A DNA stretch of 64,000 nt from Thermococcus sp. (GTDB taxonomy: Archaea > Methanobacteriota_B > Thermococci > Thermococcales > Thermococcaceae), in NCBI GenBank assembly GCA_027075325.1, contig JALTBN010000027.1, forward strand, positions 176,032 through 240,031, read 5' to 3'. Both the position numbers and the translations under genes were made by a program. The notes under the pieces were generated by a model that was not told the origin of the DNA, ran no database searches, and saw nothing but the letters and a program-made list of their open reading frames with translations. Below are positions 38,458-47,882 of this stretch, in pieces; position 1 is the stretch's first letter; every line of letters starts with the position of its first letter.

Positions 38458-38847
38458 ATGAGAATCGCGATCCCCGCTGAGGATGATAGAGGGCTGGAGA
38501 GCAACGTCAGTAGCCACTTCGGAAGGGCCAAATACTTTGTCTTCGTGGACATAGAAGACAACGAGATTAAGGGCCATGAGGTCTTCGAAATTCCCTTCGA
38601 GGAGCACGGACCTGGAGACCTGCCGGGCTTCGTGAAGGAGCACGGCGGTGAGGTTGTCTTGGCGTACGGCATGGGGCAAAAGGCGGTGAGCTACTTCAAT
38701 GACTTTGGGATAGTGGTCGTCACCGGTGCCTACGGGCCGATTAAGGACGTCGTTAAGGCCTTCATAGAGCAGGTCCTCGAAGTCGACCCCAACTGGAGGG
38801 AGAAGATAAAGGGTGAGAAGAAAGAGAACGACGAATGCAATCACTGA
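38458..38847 (+). CDS. NifB/NifX-family (FeMo-cofactor-binding-like) protein
   Basis: MRIAIP..VSSHFGRAKYF..GMGQKA..GIVVV. Confidence 0.88.
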   Translation: MRIAIPAEDDRGLESNVSSHFGRAKYFVFVDIEDNEIKGHEVFEIPFEEHGPGDLPGFVKEHGGEVVLAYGMGQKAVSYFNDFGIVVVTGAYGPIKDVVKAFIEQVLEVDPNWREKIKGEKKENDECNH

Positions 38848-39139
38848 ATATCAAAGGCTTAGCGAACCTTTAAAACTCTCTTAGGGGGTTTTTACGGCTC
38901 TTCTTTCCCTTCCATCGGCTGCTTTTCCACCAGTCCCCTCCTTCCGGGGGACATTCTCTATCACGTCCGCCGTCGCCGTCGTTGATTTAAAATTCATTAT
39001 AATCCCAGCGTTTAACTATTTACTCACGTGTCCATATAGGCACCACAATGTTATTATATGGACGTATGCCCACAATGGAAAGCCTTTTATCTACCCTTTC
39101 GATTTCCATCTGCAGGTTTAAGCTTACGGAGGGTTAAGA

Positions 39140-39868
39140 ATGGGAGTTGAGAAGGTTCCGAAGTACGACATTCCGACGGTCAAGGTTGACTACGTTTTTA
39201 TCGAGCTCGACAAGATGAAGCCCCACGAGCAGCTCGTTCAGAAGGAGCTTGAGGGTTTCATCGAGAGCGTCACCGGCTCTGGTATCTTCTGGAAACCGAT
39301 GCTCCTCGCCAAGGTTCCAGGTGAGGACATGTACCTGATAGTCGATGGCCACCACCGCTGGGCCGGCCTTCAGAAGCTCGGCGCCAAGCGCGCTCCTTCG
39401 GTCATCCTTGACTACTTCAGCGACGACGTTAAAGTTTACACCTGGTACCCGGCTTTCAAAGGGGACCTCAGCGAGGTCATCGAGAGACTAAGGACCGAGG
39501 GGCTTGAAGTCATCGAGGATCCGGACGCTGAGGAAAAGGCCGAGAGGGGGGAGATAGCCTTTGCCCTCGTCGGCGAGAAGAGCTTCGCCATTCCTGGAGG
39601 CCTCGACGAGCAGAAGAAGGTCAGCAAAGTTCTCGACGAGATGAGCGTTGAGGGGAAGATCGAGCTCATCTACTACGGCCTTAAGGAGGACGCCAGGGAG
39701 GACATGGGCAAGGGTGAGATCGACTACGTCTTCATCAGGAAGGCCCCGAGCAAGGAGGAGGTCATGGAGCTCGTCAAGAGGGGCGAGGTCTACTCCCCGA
39801 AGACCACCAGACACGTCCTGCCATTTAACCCGGACAAGATAGACGTCAAGCTTGAGGAGCTGTTCTGA
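39140..39868 (+). CDS. serK: ADP-dependent free serine kinase SerK
   Basis: ParB/Srx-like PHEQLV, IVDGHHRWAG, YTWYPA, SPKTTRH; matches my recollection of T. kodakarensis SerK closely. Confidence 0.92.
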   Translation: MGVEKVPKYDIPTVKVDYVFIELDKMKPHEQLVQKELEGFIESVTGSGIFWKPMLLAKVPGEDMYLIVDGHHRWAGLQKLGAKRAPSVILDYFSDDVKVYTWYPAFKGDLSEVIERLRTEGLEVIEDPDAEEKAERGEIAFALVGEKSFAIPGGLDEQKKVSKVLDEMSVEGKIELIYYGLKEDAREDMGKGEIDYVFIRKAPSKEEVMELVKRGEVYSPKTTRHVLPFNPDKIDVKLEELF

Positions 39869-39902
39869 AGGTTTTTAAGCTCCGTTCCCTTTCCTTCTTC
39901 GC

Positions 39903-39958
39903 CCGATGACGATGGATCAACCGGCTGAGCTGTGATGACCAGTCCAGGAGACCGAGAG
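39903..39958 (+). ncRNA. C/D-box 2'-O-methylation guide sRNA
   Basis: C box GATGACGA, guide TGGATCAACCGG, D' CTGA, C' GTGATGA, guide CCAGTCCAGGAGA, D CCGA. The D' guide is complementary to the 16S 5' end CCGGUUGAUCC. Confidence 0.85.
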
Positions 39959-40026
39959 TCTGCATTCGCACCTACATAACCACTTACAAAAAAGGAATTT
40001 ATACCCCACTTCCGCATTAATAATCG

Positions 40027-40491
40027 ATGTCCATGAACGCTGTGAAGGTACTCCTGTCCCTGATCACCGGTGTGGTCGTTAGTGCGGTTCAAGGTTACCC
40101 CCGCCTACCGGCCAGAGACAACTTCCGCATAGTGGGCTCCCTAGGGGAAGTAAAGGAAAAAGATGCCCTTCTGGTGGGAAGACCCGGTGTGAGACTGCCC
40201 TCCACTTGGAGTCCCCTTCTTGTGAGCTCGGCTCCGGGCTTCGTTGACCCCAGGGAACTCCCCCGGATACTTGAGGAGATAGTGAAAAGCCTGAGGGATA
40301 ACCCGGATCGGGCCATTGTCATAGCCTGTCCGGAGTACCTCTCCCTTTACAACGGGTTTAGAACCCTGCTGAAGTTCCTTCACACGGTCAGGGATCACGC
40401 CATGCTCAACGGCGGCAGGGTGTACCTGGTAACGGACAGAGGTGTATGGGACGAGAGGGAGTATGCAATGCTCACCGGCCTTGAAGTTTAG
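40027..40491 (+). CDS. DUF835-domain protein
   Basis: VDPRELPRILEEI..CPEYLSLYNGFRTLLKFLHTVRD. Confidence 0.8.
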   Translation: MSMNAVKVLLSLITGVVVSAVQGYPRLPARDNFRIVGSLGEVKEKDALLVGRPGVRLPSTWSPLLVSSAPGFVDPRELPRILEEIVKSLRDNPDRAIVIACPEYLSLYNGFRTLLKFLHTVRDHAMLNGGRVYLVTDRGVWDEREYAMLTGLEV

Positions 40492-40777
40492 CCCTTCTGA
40501 TCCACCTGTCGAGGGTTGCCGGGTTTCTGCGTATCCCCTTGAGCGTGGAAACATAGAGTCTTCTTCCATCGACGGAACGCTTAATTCTCAGCTCCCCCAG
40601 CTCCTCCAGGAAACGTAGGGCGTCCTTAACGTCTTCTTCTTTGACTCCCAGATTTCTAATTTCCTCCCAGAACCGCTGTGCATCTGAAAGTGAAGCGGCA
40701 CCCCTAACGAGCTTCCATGCCCAGAGGAGCCTTTCTTCTCCCCTTGATGCCCTGTATTTTTTCGCTATTTCCCTCAT
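40472..40777 (-). CDS. Hypothetical protein (winged-helix-like)
   Basis: Intact ORF with plausible composition. Confidence 0.55.
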   Translation of the reverse strand: MREIAKKYRASRGEERLLWAWKLVRGAASLSDAQRFWEEIRNLGVKEEDVKDALRFLEELGELRIKRSVDGRRLYVSTLKGIRRNPATLDRWIRRAKLQGR

Positions 40778-40889
40778 TTTTGTCCAGGGTAATATCCGCT
40801 GGAAAGTATAAATCGTTTTCGAAGTCTGGGAAACACCAAAAAAGATGAAGGTTTTTAAACTCTAATGAGTATGTAATGTAGGGATAACC

Positions 40890-42275
40890 ATGAAGCGCTC
40901 CCCGTTGGTAATCCTCTCAGTTTTCCTTCTGCTTACGATTCTGGCCCTCCCGGTGAGCTCAGCTGATAGTGGGGGGAAGAGGGTATACGTGGCCAAGTTC
41001 GAGGGGGTAATAACGAGCTACTCAGTTGACCAGTTCTCCAGGTACATCTCCATAGCAGAGGAGAACAATGCAGAGGCTCTCATAATCGAAATAGATACCC
41101 CCGGAGGTCAGGGAGACGCGATGCAGGAGATAATCCAGAGAATCCAAGAGTCGAAAGTTCCCGTGATAATCTACGTCTATCCGAGGGGTGCCATCGCGGC
41201 ATCGGCCGGGACGTACATAGCGCTGGGCTCCCACCTCATAGCCATGGCCCCGGCAACGAGCATAGGGGCCTGCGAGCCCATACTTGGCTACGCGTCAAAC
41301 GGGAGCATAATAAAGGCGCCCCAGAAGGTTAGGAACTTCTACATAGCCTACATCAGGAGCCTTGCTGAAGCCAGCGGAAGGAACGAGACTGCGGCGGAGC
41401 TCTTCATAACTGAGGACCTGAGCTTAACCCCCGAAGAGGCTCTAAAAGACCATGTAATCGAGGTAACCGCTAGCGACGTCGGCGAACTCCTTCAAAAGGC
41501 CAACGGGATGAAAACTAAAATTCCCGTAGCGGGGAGGGGATACGTAACCCTCAACTTCACGGACGCCAGAATCGTCACGGTGGGTCCGTCGATCAAGGAC
41601 GATGTCGTCAGGTACATCTCAGATCCTACAGTGGCCTACGTTCTCCTCAACATCGGTATCCTTGGCCTGATATTTGGCTTCATGACGCCCGGCTGGCATG
41701 TCCCGGAGACAGTCGGAGCCATTCTGCTGGTTCTGGGGATTATAGGGCTGGGCTACTTTGGGTACAATAGTGCGGGGTTAGTGCTGATATTCCTCGCGGT
41801 GATCTTCTTCATAGCTGAGGCCCTGACACCGACGTTTGGCCTGTTCACCGTTGCGGGGGTGATTACCATGATACTGGGGGGCATCCTGCTCTTCGGAAGC
41901 AGCAACGAGTACCTCATCAAAGAATCCACTTTCTCAAACCTGCGCCTGGTTATAATCCTCATCGCAGTGCTCCTTGGCCTGTTCTTTGCCTTTGGCGTTG
42001 CTGCAATAGTCAGGGACCGGCGCAGAAGAGTCCAGACCGGGAAGGAGGAGATGGTGGGTGAGGTTGGAAAGGTTGTTCAGGAACTAAACCCCGAGGGGAT
42101 GGTCAAAATACACGGGGAGCTGTGGAAGGCGGAGAGCAGAAACGGAGAGCCCCTGAAACCCGGGGAGAGGATCAGGGTCGTTGGAATGAGGGGACTCACT
42201 CTCATAGTCGAAAGGGAGGGGGAGGCTAACAATGAACCCTCCGCCAGAGAACCCAGTGGAAGAAAGGAGGTGTGA
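40890..42275 (+). CDS. nfeD: NfeD / stomatin operon partner membrane serine protease
   Basis: [14 protein letters not shown] (catalytic Ser), central TM domain, C-terminal OB fold [12 protein letters not shown]. Confidence 0.93.
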   Translation: MKRSPLVILSVFLLLTILALPVSSADSGGKRVYVAKFEGVITSYSVDQFSRYISIAEENNAEALIIEIDTPGGQGDAMQEIIQRIQESKVPVIIYVYPRGAIAASAGTYIALGSHLIAMAPATSIGACEPILGYASNGSIIKAPQKVRNFYIAYIRSLAEASGRNETAAELFITEDLSLTPEEALKDHVIEVTASDVGELLQKANGMKTKIPVAGRGYVTLNFTDARIVTVGPSIKDDVVRYISDPTVAYVLLNIGILGLIFGFMTPGWHVPETVGAILLVLGIIGLGYFGYNSAGLVLIFLAVIFFIAEALTPTFGLFTVAGVITMILGGILLFGSSNEYLIKESTFSNLRLVIILIAVLLGLFFAFGVAAIVRDRRRRVQTGKEEMVGEVGKVVQELNPEGMVKIHGELWKAESRNGEPLKPGERIRVVGMRGLTLIVEREGEANNEPSAREPSGRKEV

Positions 42276-43081
42276 TGATGGGGATTGGAACGATTGTTAT
42301 TGGAACAATTTTACTTTTTGTTTTGATTCTCCTGGCAAGCGCCATAAAGATAGTGAAGGAGTACGAGAGGGCAGTGATATTCAGACTCGGTAGGGTCGTT
42401 GGCGCAAGGGGGCCCGGGCTGTTCTTCATTATACCAGTATTCGAAAAGGCATACATAGTTGACCTGCGTACGCGCGTTCTCGACGTTCCGGTTCAGGAGA
42501 CCATTACAAAGGATAACGTCCCGGTTAAAGTGAATGCAGTAGTCTACTTCCGCGTTGTCGACCCGGTAAGGGCTGTCACTCAGGTTGCTAACTACATCAT
42601 GGCCACAAGCCAGATAGCCCAGACGACGCTGAGGAGCGTTATTGGCCAGGCACATCTCGACGAACTTCTAAGCGAAAGGGAGAAGCTCAACATGGAGCTC
42701 CAGAAGATCATAGATGAAGCAACCGACCCGTGGGGCATAAAAGTCAGCACCGTTGAGATAAAGGACGTCGAGCTGCCGGCAGGAATGCAGAGGGCCATGG
42801 CGAAGCAGGCAGAGGCCGAACGTGAGAGGAGGGCAAGGATAACCCTTGCGGAGGCCGAGAGGCAGGCGGCCGAGAAGCTCCGCGACGCTGCCGAGATAGT
42901 GTCCCAGCACCCGATGGCGCTCCAGCTCAGGACACTCCAGACGATAAGCGACGTGGCCAGCGACAAGAGCAACGTTATCGTCCTGCCGCTCCCGATGGAG
43001 ATGCTCAAGCTCTTCAAGAGCTTTGCTGACGCTGGAGAAGTCATTAAGAAGCTGGCAGAAGAGAAAGAGACCTCTGAGTGA
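42272..43081 (+). CDS. Stomatin (SPFH/band 7) protein
   Basis: [43 protein letters not shown]. Confidence 0.95.
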   Translation: MMMGIGTIVIGTILLFVLILLASAIKIVKEYERAVIFRLGRVVGARGPGLFFIIPVFEKAYIVDLRTRVLDVPVQETITKDNVPVKVNAVVYFRVVDPVRAVTQVANYIMATSQIAQTTLRSVIGQAHLDELLSEREKLNMELQKIIDEATDPWGIKVSTVEIKDVELPAGMQRAMAKQAEAERERRARITLAEAERQAAEKLRDAAEIVSQHPMALQLRTLQTISDVASDKSNVIVLPLPMEMLKLFKSFADAGEVIKKLAEEKETSE

Positions 43082-43157
43082 GGCCGCTATTTTTTTAAAC
43101 TCTCTTCTTTTTGCCCTTTTAGTGTTTATCCGAAAGGTTGATGGGGAGGATGTTGCC

Positions 43158-43718
43158 ATGGATTTTGACATGAAAATGGGCAAAAGGGAGATGCTGATAA
43201 AAGCCTTCTTTGAGGAGGGTGCTATACTATTCGGCCGCTTCGTCCTGACCTCCGGAAAGGAAAGCGATTATTATATCAACGTAAAAAAACTCATCACCAA
43301 CCCAAAGGCCCTGAAGCTCATAGCGGAGCTCATTGCTCGGAGGATGGAGGAAGCTGGGGTGGAGTTTGACCGCGTTGCCGGTCCTGAGCTTGGGGCGGTT
43401 CCAATAGCGACTGCGCTCGCCCTTGAAACTAGAAAACCTCTGGTCATAGTCAGGAAAAAGCCTAAGGGGCACGGAACCGGGAGTCAGATAGAGGGTGAGA
43501 TAAAGCCGGGGGAGAGGGTTCTCCTCGTTGAGGACGTAACGACCACAGGGGGAAGCGTCCTCAGGGCGGTGGGTGTTATCGAGTCCCTCCGCGGGAAGAT
43601 AGCCGCGATATCCGTGGTGGTGGACAGGGAAGAAGGCGCAGAAAGGGCCATAATGGAGAGGGGGTATCCTTTCGTTCCCCTCATCAAGGTGTCAGAGCTT
43701 CTCACCCTCAACCAGTGA
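43158..43718 (+). CDS. pyrE: Orotate phosphoribosyltransferase
   Basis: [31 protein letters not shown]. Confidence 0.95.
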   Translation: MDFDMKMGKREMLIKAFFEEGAILFGRFVLTSGKESDYYINVKKLITNPKALKLIAELIARRMEEAGVEFDRVAGPELGAVPIATALALETRKPLVIVRKKPKGHGTGSQIEGEIKPGERVLLVEDVTTTGGSVLRAVGVIESLRGKIAAISVVVDREEGAERAIMERGYPFVPLIKVSELLTLNQ

Positions 43719-43829
43719 GCGATGCGGTATAAAGGTGGGATGACAAGGTCATAGGAAAGTGGCCCAATCCTCTTTCTTTCCGCTTTTGTTTATAGTCTCC
43801 GCTTTGCGCTCAAAGTCACCCCCTTGCAT

Positions 43830-45038
43830 TTAGCTTCCCTCTTCCAGATGGCTAAGTTTCAGGTGCTCCTCCAAAAATCCCAGGGCTTCTCCAGCCTTGA
43901 ATCCCGCCCCGATCATCAGCAGGACTATGGCAAACGTCATCCTTGCCTTCGAAAGGCCCAGCACGTCCACTGAGAAACCATAGATTGCGTAGAAAACCGC
44001 CATTACAAGGCCGGCGAGCATTCTGTTGAGGGAAAGGATGGTGGCCCTCTTCTCGCTCGGTATTCTGTGCTGGAACTCTACATTCAGGTTGAAGCCAAAT
44101 GCCGCCGTTATTATCGTAAGGCCTATCCCAAGGGTCACTATCCAGAGTGGGTTGGTGTAGAGCACAGATAGCACCGTGAACACCGGGATCAGGATGGGAG
44201 TGAGGGAATAGGCTTTTCTGCTCCAGGAGTCGCGGAGGCGGACGCCGATTAGCCTTGGGACCGTCCTAACGGTGACCTCAACCACGCCGAGGAGCCCCAG
44301 GGTGCCCATGAGGGTTGTTCCAAGGCTTCCTGCGAGTATGCCGCCGAGGTAGGGCTCGAAGAACTTCCTGAACTGGTTGGCCTGCATGCTCACGACGATG
44401 GACAGAAGAACCAGCCAGAAGAGCCCCGGCTGGAGAAGCTCCCTCAAGGAGGAGAGGGCGTGGCTCAGATAGGTCCGCTCCGTTTTCTTAAACTCGTACT
44501 CAGGAATTGAGAGGATGAGGACTATCGCCGAAAGCTCAACGAGGAAGCTCAGGAGGAGGGGTAGGGTGAAACCGTAGAACTGCGCCAGAAATGCCCCGAT
44601 TATAAGTGCTGCGGACGAGAGGGGGATAGTTATGCTCTTTGCGTCCTTCATGATCTCCCGGTATTCCCTCTCCCTGCCGATGTGCTTTAAGTCATCGAAA
44701 AGCCATGCATCAAAGCTTCCGCTGACGAAAGATGCACCCAGGGCCGATATTAGGGCGTAGAGGAGGAGCATAGGGAAGTTCCTGATGAAAAGGAGCACGA
44801 CCGTTCCGAGGGCATGAATTGAAAAGCCGGTGAGGACGCTCAGCTTCCGGCTTATTTTATCTCCGACAACCCCTGTGGGGACCTCAAAGAGGAAAGCCCC
44901 AAGGACCCCTACGGAGGTCTCAAGACCTATCTGGGCGTAGCTGAAGCCCTTGGAGAGGAAGTAAATAACGAGCAAATTTCCAATGAATCCAGTGCTCATA
45001 AGGGCCATTAACAGCTTGAACCTTTTGATTATATTCAT
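43830..45038 (-). CDS. MFS transporter
   Basis: FEVPTGVVGDKISRK, SFVSGSFDAW, IPSEKRATILS. Confidence 0.85.
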   Translation of the reverse strand: MNIIKRFKLLMALMSTGFIGNLLVIYFLSKGFSYAQIGLETSVGVLGAFLFEVPTGVVGDKISRKLSVLTGFSIHALGTVVLLFIRNFPMLLLYALISALGASFVSGSFDAWLFDDLKHIGREREYREIMKDAKSITIPLSSAALIIGAFLAQFYGFTLPLLLSFLVELSAIVLILSIPEYEFKKTERTYLSHALSSLRELLQPGLFWLVLLSIVVSMQANQFRKFFEPYLGGILAGSLGTTLMGTLGLLGVVEVTVRTVPRLIGVRLRDSWSRKAYSLTPILIPVFTVLSVLYTNPLWIVTLGIGLTIITAAFGFNLNVEFQHRIPSEKRATILSLNRMLAGLVMAVFYAIYGFSVDVLGLSKARMTFAIVLLMIGAGFKAGEALGFLEEHLKLSHLEEGS

Positions 45039-45081
45039 ACCTGGCTCCCCTAATGCTATTTATGGCGTTTAAAGCGTGGTT

Positions 45082-46014
45082 TTATTTTTTTATCGATTCA
45101 ACGACCATGACCGTCTTTCCCTCATCCTCTTTGACCCCCGCTGCAACTTCCTCACCCAAAACCTCGACCCAGCCGCGCTCCCAGAGTTCCTTCTTCCAGA
45201 GGATTTCACCATTCTTGGCCTTTACCACCGCCGCTTTTCCCTCTACCTCACCACCAACAAGGAGGCCGTTCTCAACTGGCAGGAGTGAGGTTGCCGAGCT
45301 GTTCTGGAGGGATACCTCCCAGTCTCTGCCCCAAACCCGGAGGTCGCTCCCCTTATAGCCGCCCAGGATTATTTCTCCTCCCATTTCGGCGGCCGTCAGG
45401 GCTATCCCATCCGCAAGTTCTCTTTCCTCAATCAGTTCCCCGTTCTCGGCGAACTCGAAAGCCTTAACCTTCCATCTCTCCTCCTTCAGGCTCCCGGTGA
45501 GGACGGGCTTTCCATCGAGTTCAACCAGGCCGGAAATCACGGCATCGCCCCAGGGACCGAGGGTTCTGAGCCAGAGGAGTTCGCCGTCCCCCGTGATCTT
45601 CCCCATGAAGAAACCCTTTCCCCTCCCATTGGCAGTCTCGCCCGCTATGAAGGCCCCGTCTCTGGTTGGTAGAATCGAGTAAACGCACTCGTTGCCGAGG
45701 ATTTCCAGCTTTTTCTCCCAGAGGACTTCGAGGTTCCCGTCAAGCCTCGCCACGTAGCCCTTCCAGCCCGCGCCCCCGTCAGGGGTTGCCCTACCCTCGA
45801 CGGCACCGCCGATGAGATAGCCGTCTTTGAGTTTCGCCGCGCTGTGCCCTTCCCAGTCGTTTTCTCCTGAGATGAACTTTACGGCCTTTACCTCTTCCCC
45901 GTCGAGCCTTGTGAGCATAATCTTGTAGGCCTTTCCGTCGTGGACGCTCCCAATAATTAAGTCCCCGGCAAGCGCGACGGGAACAGTTTCAACACCGAGG
46001 GAGTAGGTTTTCAT
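45082..46014 (-). CDS. Hypothetical beta-propeller-like protein
   Basis: Repeated D..G..LW.K/R blade-like motifs (GNLEVLWEK, GELLWLR, GEILWKK). Confidence 0.6.
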   Translation of the reverse strand: MKTYSLGVETVPVALAGDLIIGSVHDGKAYKIMLTRLDGEEVKAVKFISGENDWEGHSAAKLKDGYLIGGAVEGRATPDGGAGWKGYVARLDGNLEVLWEKKLEILGNECVYSILPTRDGAFIAGETANGRGKGFFMGKITGDGELLWLRTLGPWGDAVISGLVELDGKPVLTGSLKEERWKVKAFEFAENGELIEERELADGIALTAAEMGGEIILGGYKGSDLRVWGRDWEVSLQNSSATSLLPVENGLLVGGEVEGKAAVVKAKNGEILWKKELWERGWVEVLGEEVAAGVKEDEGKTVMVVESIKK

Positions 46015-46113
46015 CCAGAACCCTCCTACCTGCTGATGGTTTAATGACTCTCCTTAAAGGACCATGGCAAAGGTTTTAAGATTTTTGTAGTTAGTGGTAA
46101 ACGGGTGATACGG

Positions 46114-46632
46114 ATGAAAAGGAAAAACTACTTTGTGGTCTTGGTGGTTATGTTCATTCTCATTTTGCTCTTCTCTTCATACGCTATATGGAGCTGCCGG
46201 AAGGACGAGGAGAGCCTGCTAACGTCTGTTTATGTCTATAGTCTGGAAGACGCCAGAGGACTCTCCGACGTCGGCGGAACCTTTGAGTACCTTCTTCGTG
46301 AGAACGCTTCGGATGACCTCGTAGTTTTCTATGCCCGTGCATACTCTATCAGAGCTGGGCACCTTGAAGACACTTTCGGCCTTCTCCAAGCGTACGCGGA
46401 TGATGAGAGATTTCAGCTAATGTTTTCGGCCATGTTCAACTACCATTTGTTCCTTCACGAGGTTAGCTTCAGCAACTCAACGAGGAGGAAAACCCTCATC
46501 GAGAAGAACCTTGAAACGCTCAAAGAGCTTGACAATCTCATGAAGAATTTAGCGAAATACCATAACCCTGACGATCTGCCTGAGGAGCTCGTTGAGAAGA
46601 TTTTTCAGACCTCTGAGAAGCTGGAGGTTTGA
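46114..46632 (+). CDS. Hypothetical membrane-anchored protein
   Basis: Basic N-terminus and one hydrophobic helix followed by a helical soluble domain. Confidence 0.65.
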   Translation: MKRKNYFVVLVVMFILILLFSSYAIWSCRKDEESLLTSVYVYSLEDARGLSDVGGTFEYLLRENASDDLVVFYARAYSIRAGHLEDTFGLLQAYADDERFQLMFSAMFNYHLFLHEVSFSNSTRRKTLIEKNLETLKELDNLMKNLAKYHNPDDLPEELVEKIFQTSEKLEV

Positions 46633-46634
46633 TA

Positions 46635-47303
46635 ATGAGAGTCGCTCTAATCCCAATGCACGTCAAAACCGGGGACTTCAACGCCAACTGGGCCGAGTTT
46701 AAGAGGCGCTTCAGCGAGGTCTTGGCGTATAACCCCGACTTCGTGGTCTTTCCAGAGTACTGTTTGACAGGTTTCGAGGAGTGGGACTTCAGCGGGGCGA
46801 GGCTTTACGATGAAATAGTCGGGCGGGTGAGCAGGCTCGCCAAGGAAAACGGCGTTTACGTTGTCTCCGGTCTCCTTGGGCCCTACAAAAACTGCACCTA
46901 CAACTCGGCACTTTTGATCGGCAGGGACGGCGAGGTTCTCCTCAAGCACCGCAAGTTCCAGGAACCCTACGAGTTCTGCACCGGCAACACTGTGAGAACT
47001 GCCCGGACGGAGTTCGGGAAGATGGCGATAATCATCTGCGGCGACCTCTACAACAAGCGCATCCTGAAGTGGGTGAGAAGGAAAAGGCTGGACTACCTCT
47101 TCGTGCCGATGGAGTACTCGCCCGACTACGGCCAGCCGAACGAGGAGGACGTTGGGGCGATGGTCGAGCGGGTTAAGCTCCTCGGTGCTAAGGCTTTCAT
47201 CGTGAACAGCTATCCGCCGGGCGGCGCCTGGGTCTTCGACGAAAACGGAACCCTTCTCGCCTCGGTTGGGGGCGAGGAAACCCTAATCTGGGAGCAACCT
47301 TAA
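46635..47303 (+). CDS. Carbon-nitrogen hydrolase (nitrilase superfamily)
   Basis: Glu-Lys-Cys triad: FPEY, YNSA..HRK, IICGD. Confidence 0.9.
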   Translation: MRVALIPMHVKTGDFNANWAEFKRRFSEVLAYNPDFVVFPEYCLTGFEEWDFSGARLYDEIVGRVSRLAKENGVYVVSGLLGPYKNCTYNSALLIGRDGEVLLKHRKFQEPYEFCTGNTVRTARTEFGKMAIIICGDLYNKRILKWVRRKRLDYLFVPMEYSPDYGQPNEEDVGAMVERVKLLGAKAFIVNSYPPGGAWVFDENGTLLASVGGEETLIWEQP

Positions 47304-47337
47304 AGGACCTGAAGATAATGCCTTCGGGGATTAACAT

Positions 47338-47793
47338 GTGGCCCTCGGCAGGTTCGTCGATGAGAACGTTGCTTTTTCAAGAATGCCGACAGGGGGAGAG
47401 CTCGACGAAGTTGCCGAAGATTTCGACGCCGTCGTTGTCCTCCTTGAGGACTACGAGCTACCTTACTCCCTCGAAGAGTGGGAAAAAAGAGGGGTAGAGG
47501 TTCTCCACAGCCCTATAGAGGACTTCACCGCTCCGAGCCTTGGGCAGCTACTCGAAATCCTCCAGTGGATCAATGGCAGAGTCCTAGAGGGGAAGAGGGT
47601 TTTAATCCACTGTCTTGGCGGCCTCGGCAGGAGCGGAACGGTGGCGGTTGCATGGGTGATGTACTCAAGGAGACTTCCGCTCAGAGAGGCGCTGAGAAAA
47701 GTTCGCTCGATAAGGCCCGGTGCCGTCGAGACCTGCGAGCAGATGGAGGTTCTTAAGGGGCTGGAGAGGTATCTGTCATACCGACAATTTTGA
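47338..47793 (+). CDS. Protein tyrosine/dual-specificity phosphatase
   Basis: IEDF acid loop, P-loop HCLGGLGRSG, RPGAVET..Q; the 5' end may carry a 1-nt deletion (see findings). Confidence 0.9.
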   Translation: MALGRFVDENVAFSRMPTGGELDEVAEDFDAVVVLLEDYELPYSLEEWEKRGVEVLHSPIEDFTAPSLGQLLEILQWINGRVLEGKRVLIHCLGGLGRSGTVAVAWVMYSRRLPLREALRKVRSIRPGAVETCEQMEVLKGLERYLSYRQF

Positions 47794-47882
47794 GCCGTAT
47801 CTATCCGATTGTTTGTCAATATGACGCCCAAAAGGAGGGGGAGGTTTATTTAGTGCTTCGGGCATCCGTCTTGGGTGTTGCC

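Noticed and set aside
38458-38847. Nitrogen fixation inferred from NifB/NifX-like genes
   Set aside because: Stand-alone NifX-like proteins are common in Thermococcales, and no nifHDK is present.
10648-39100. Integrated virus or plasmid at tRNA-Gly
   Set aside because: No integrase, replication or capsid gene, and no duplicated tRNA 3' end (att site) spotted by eye.
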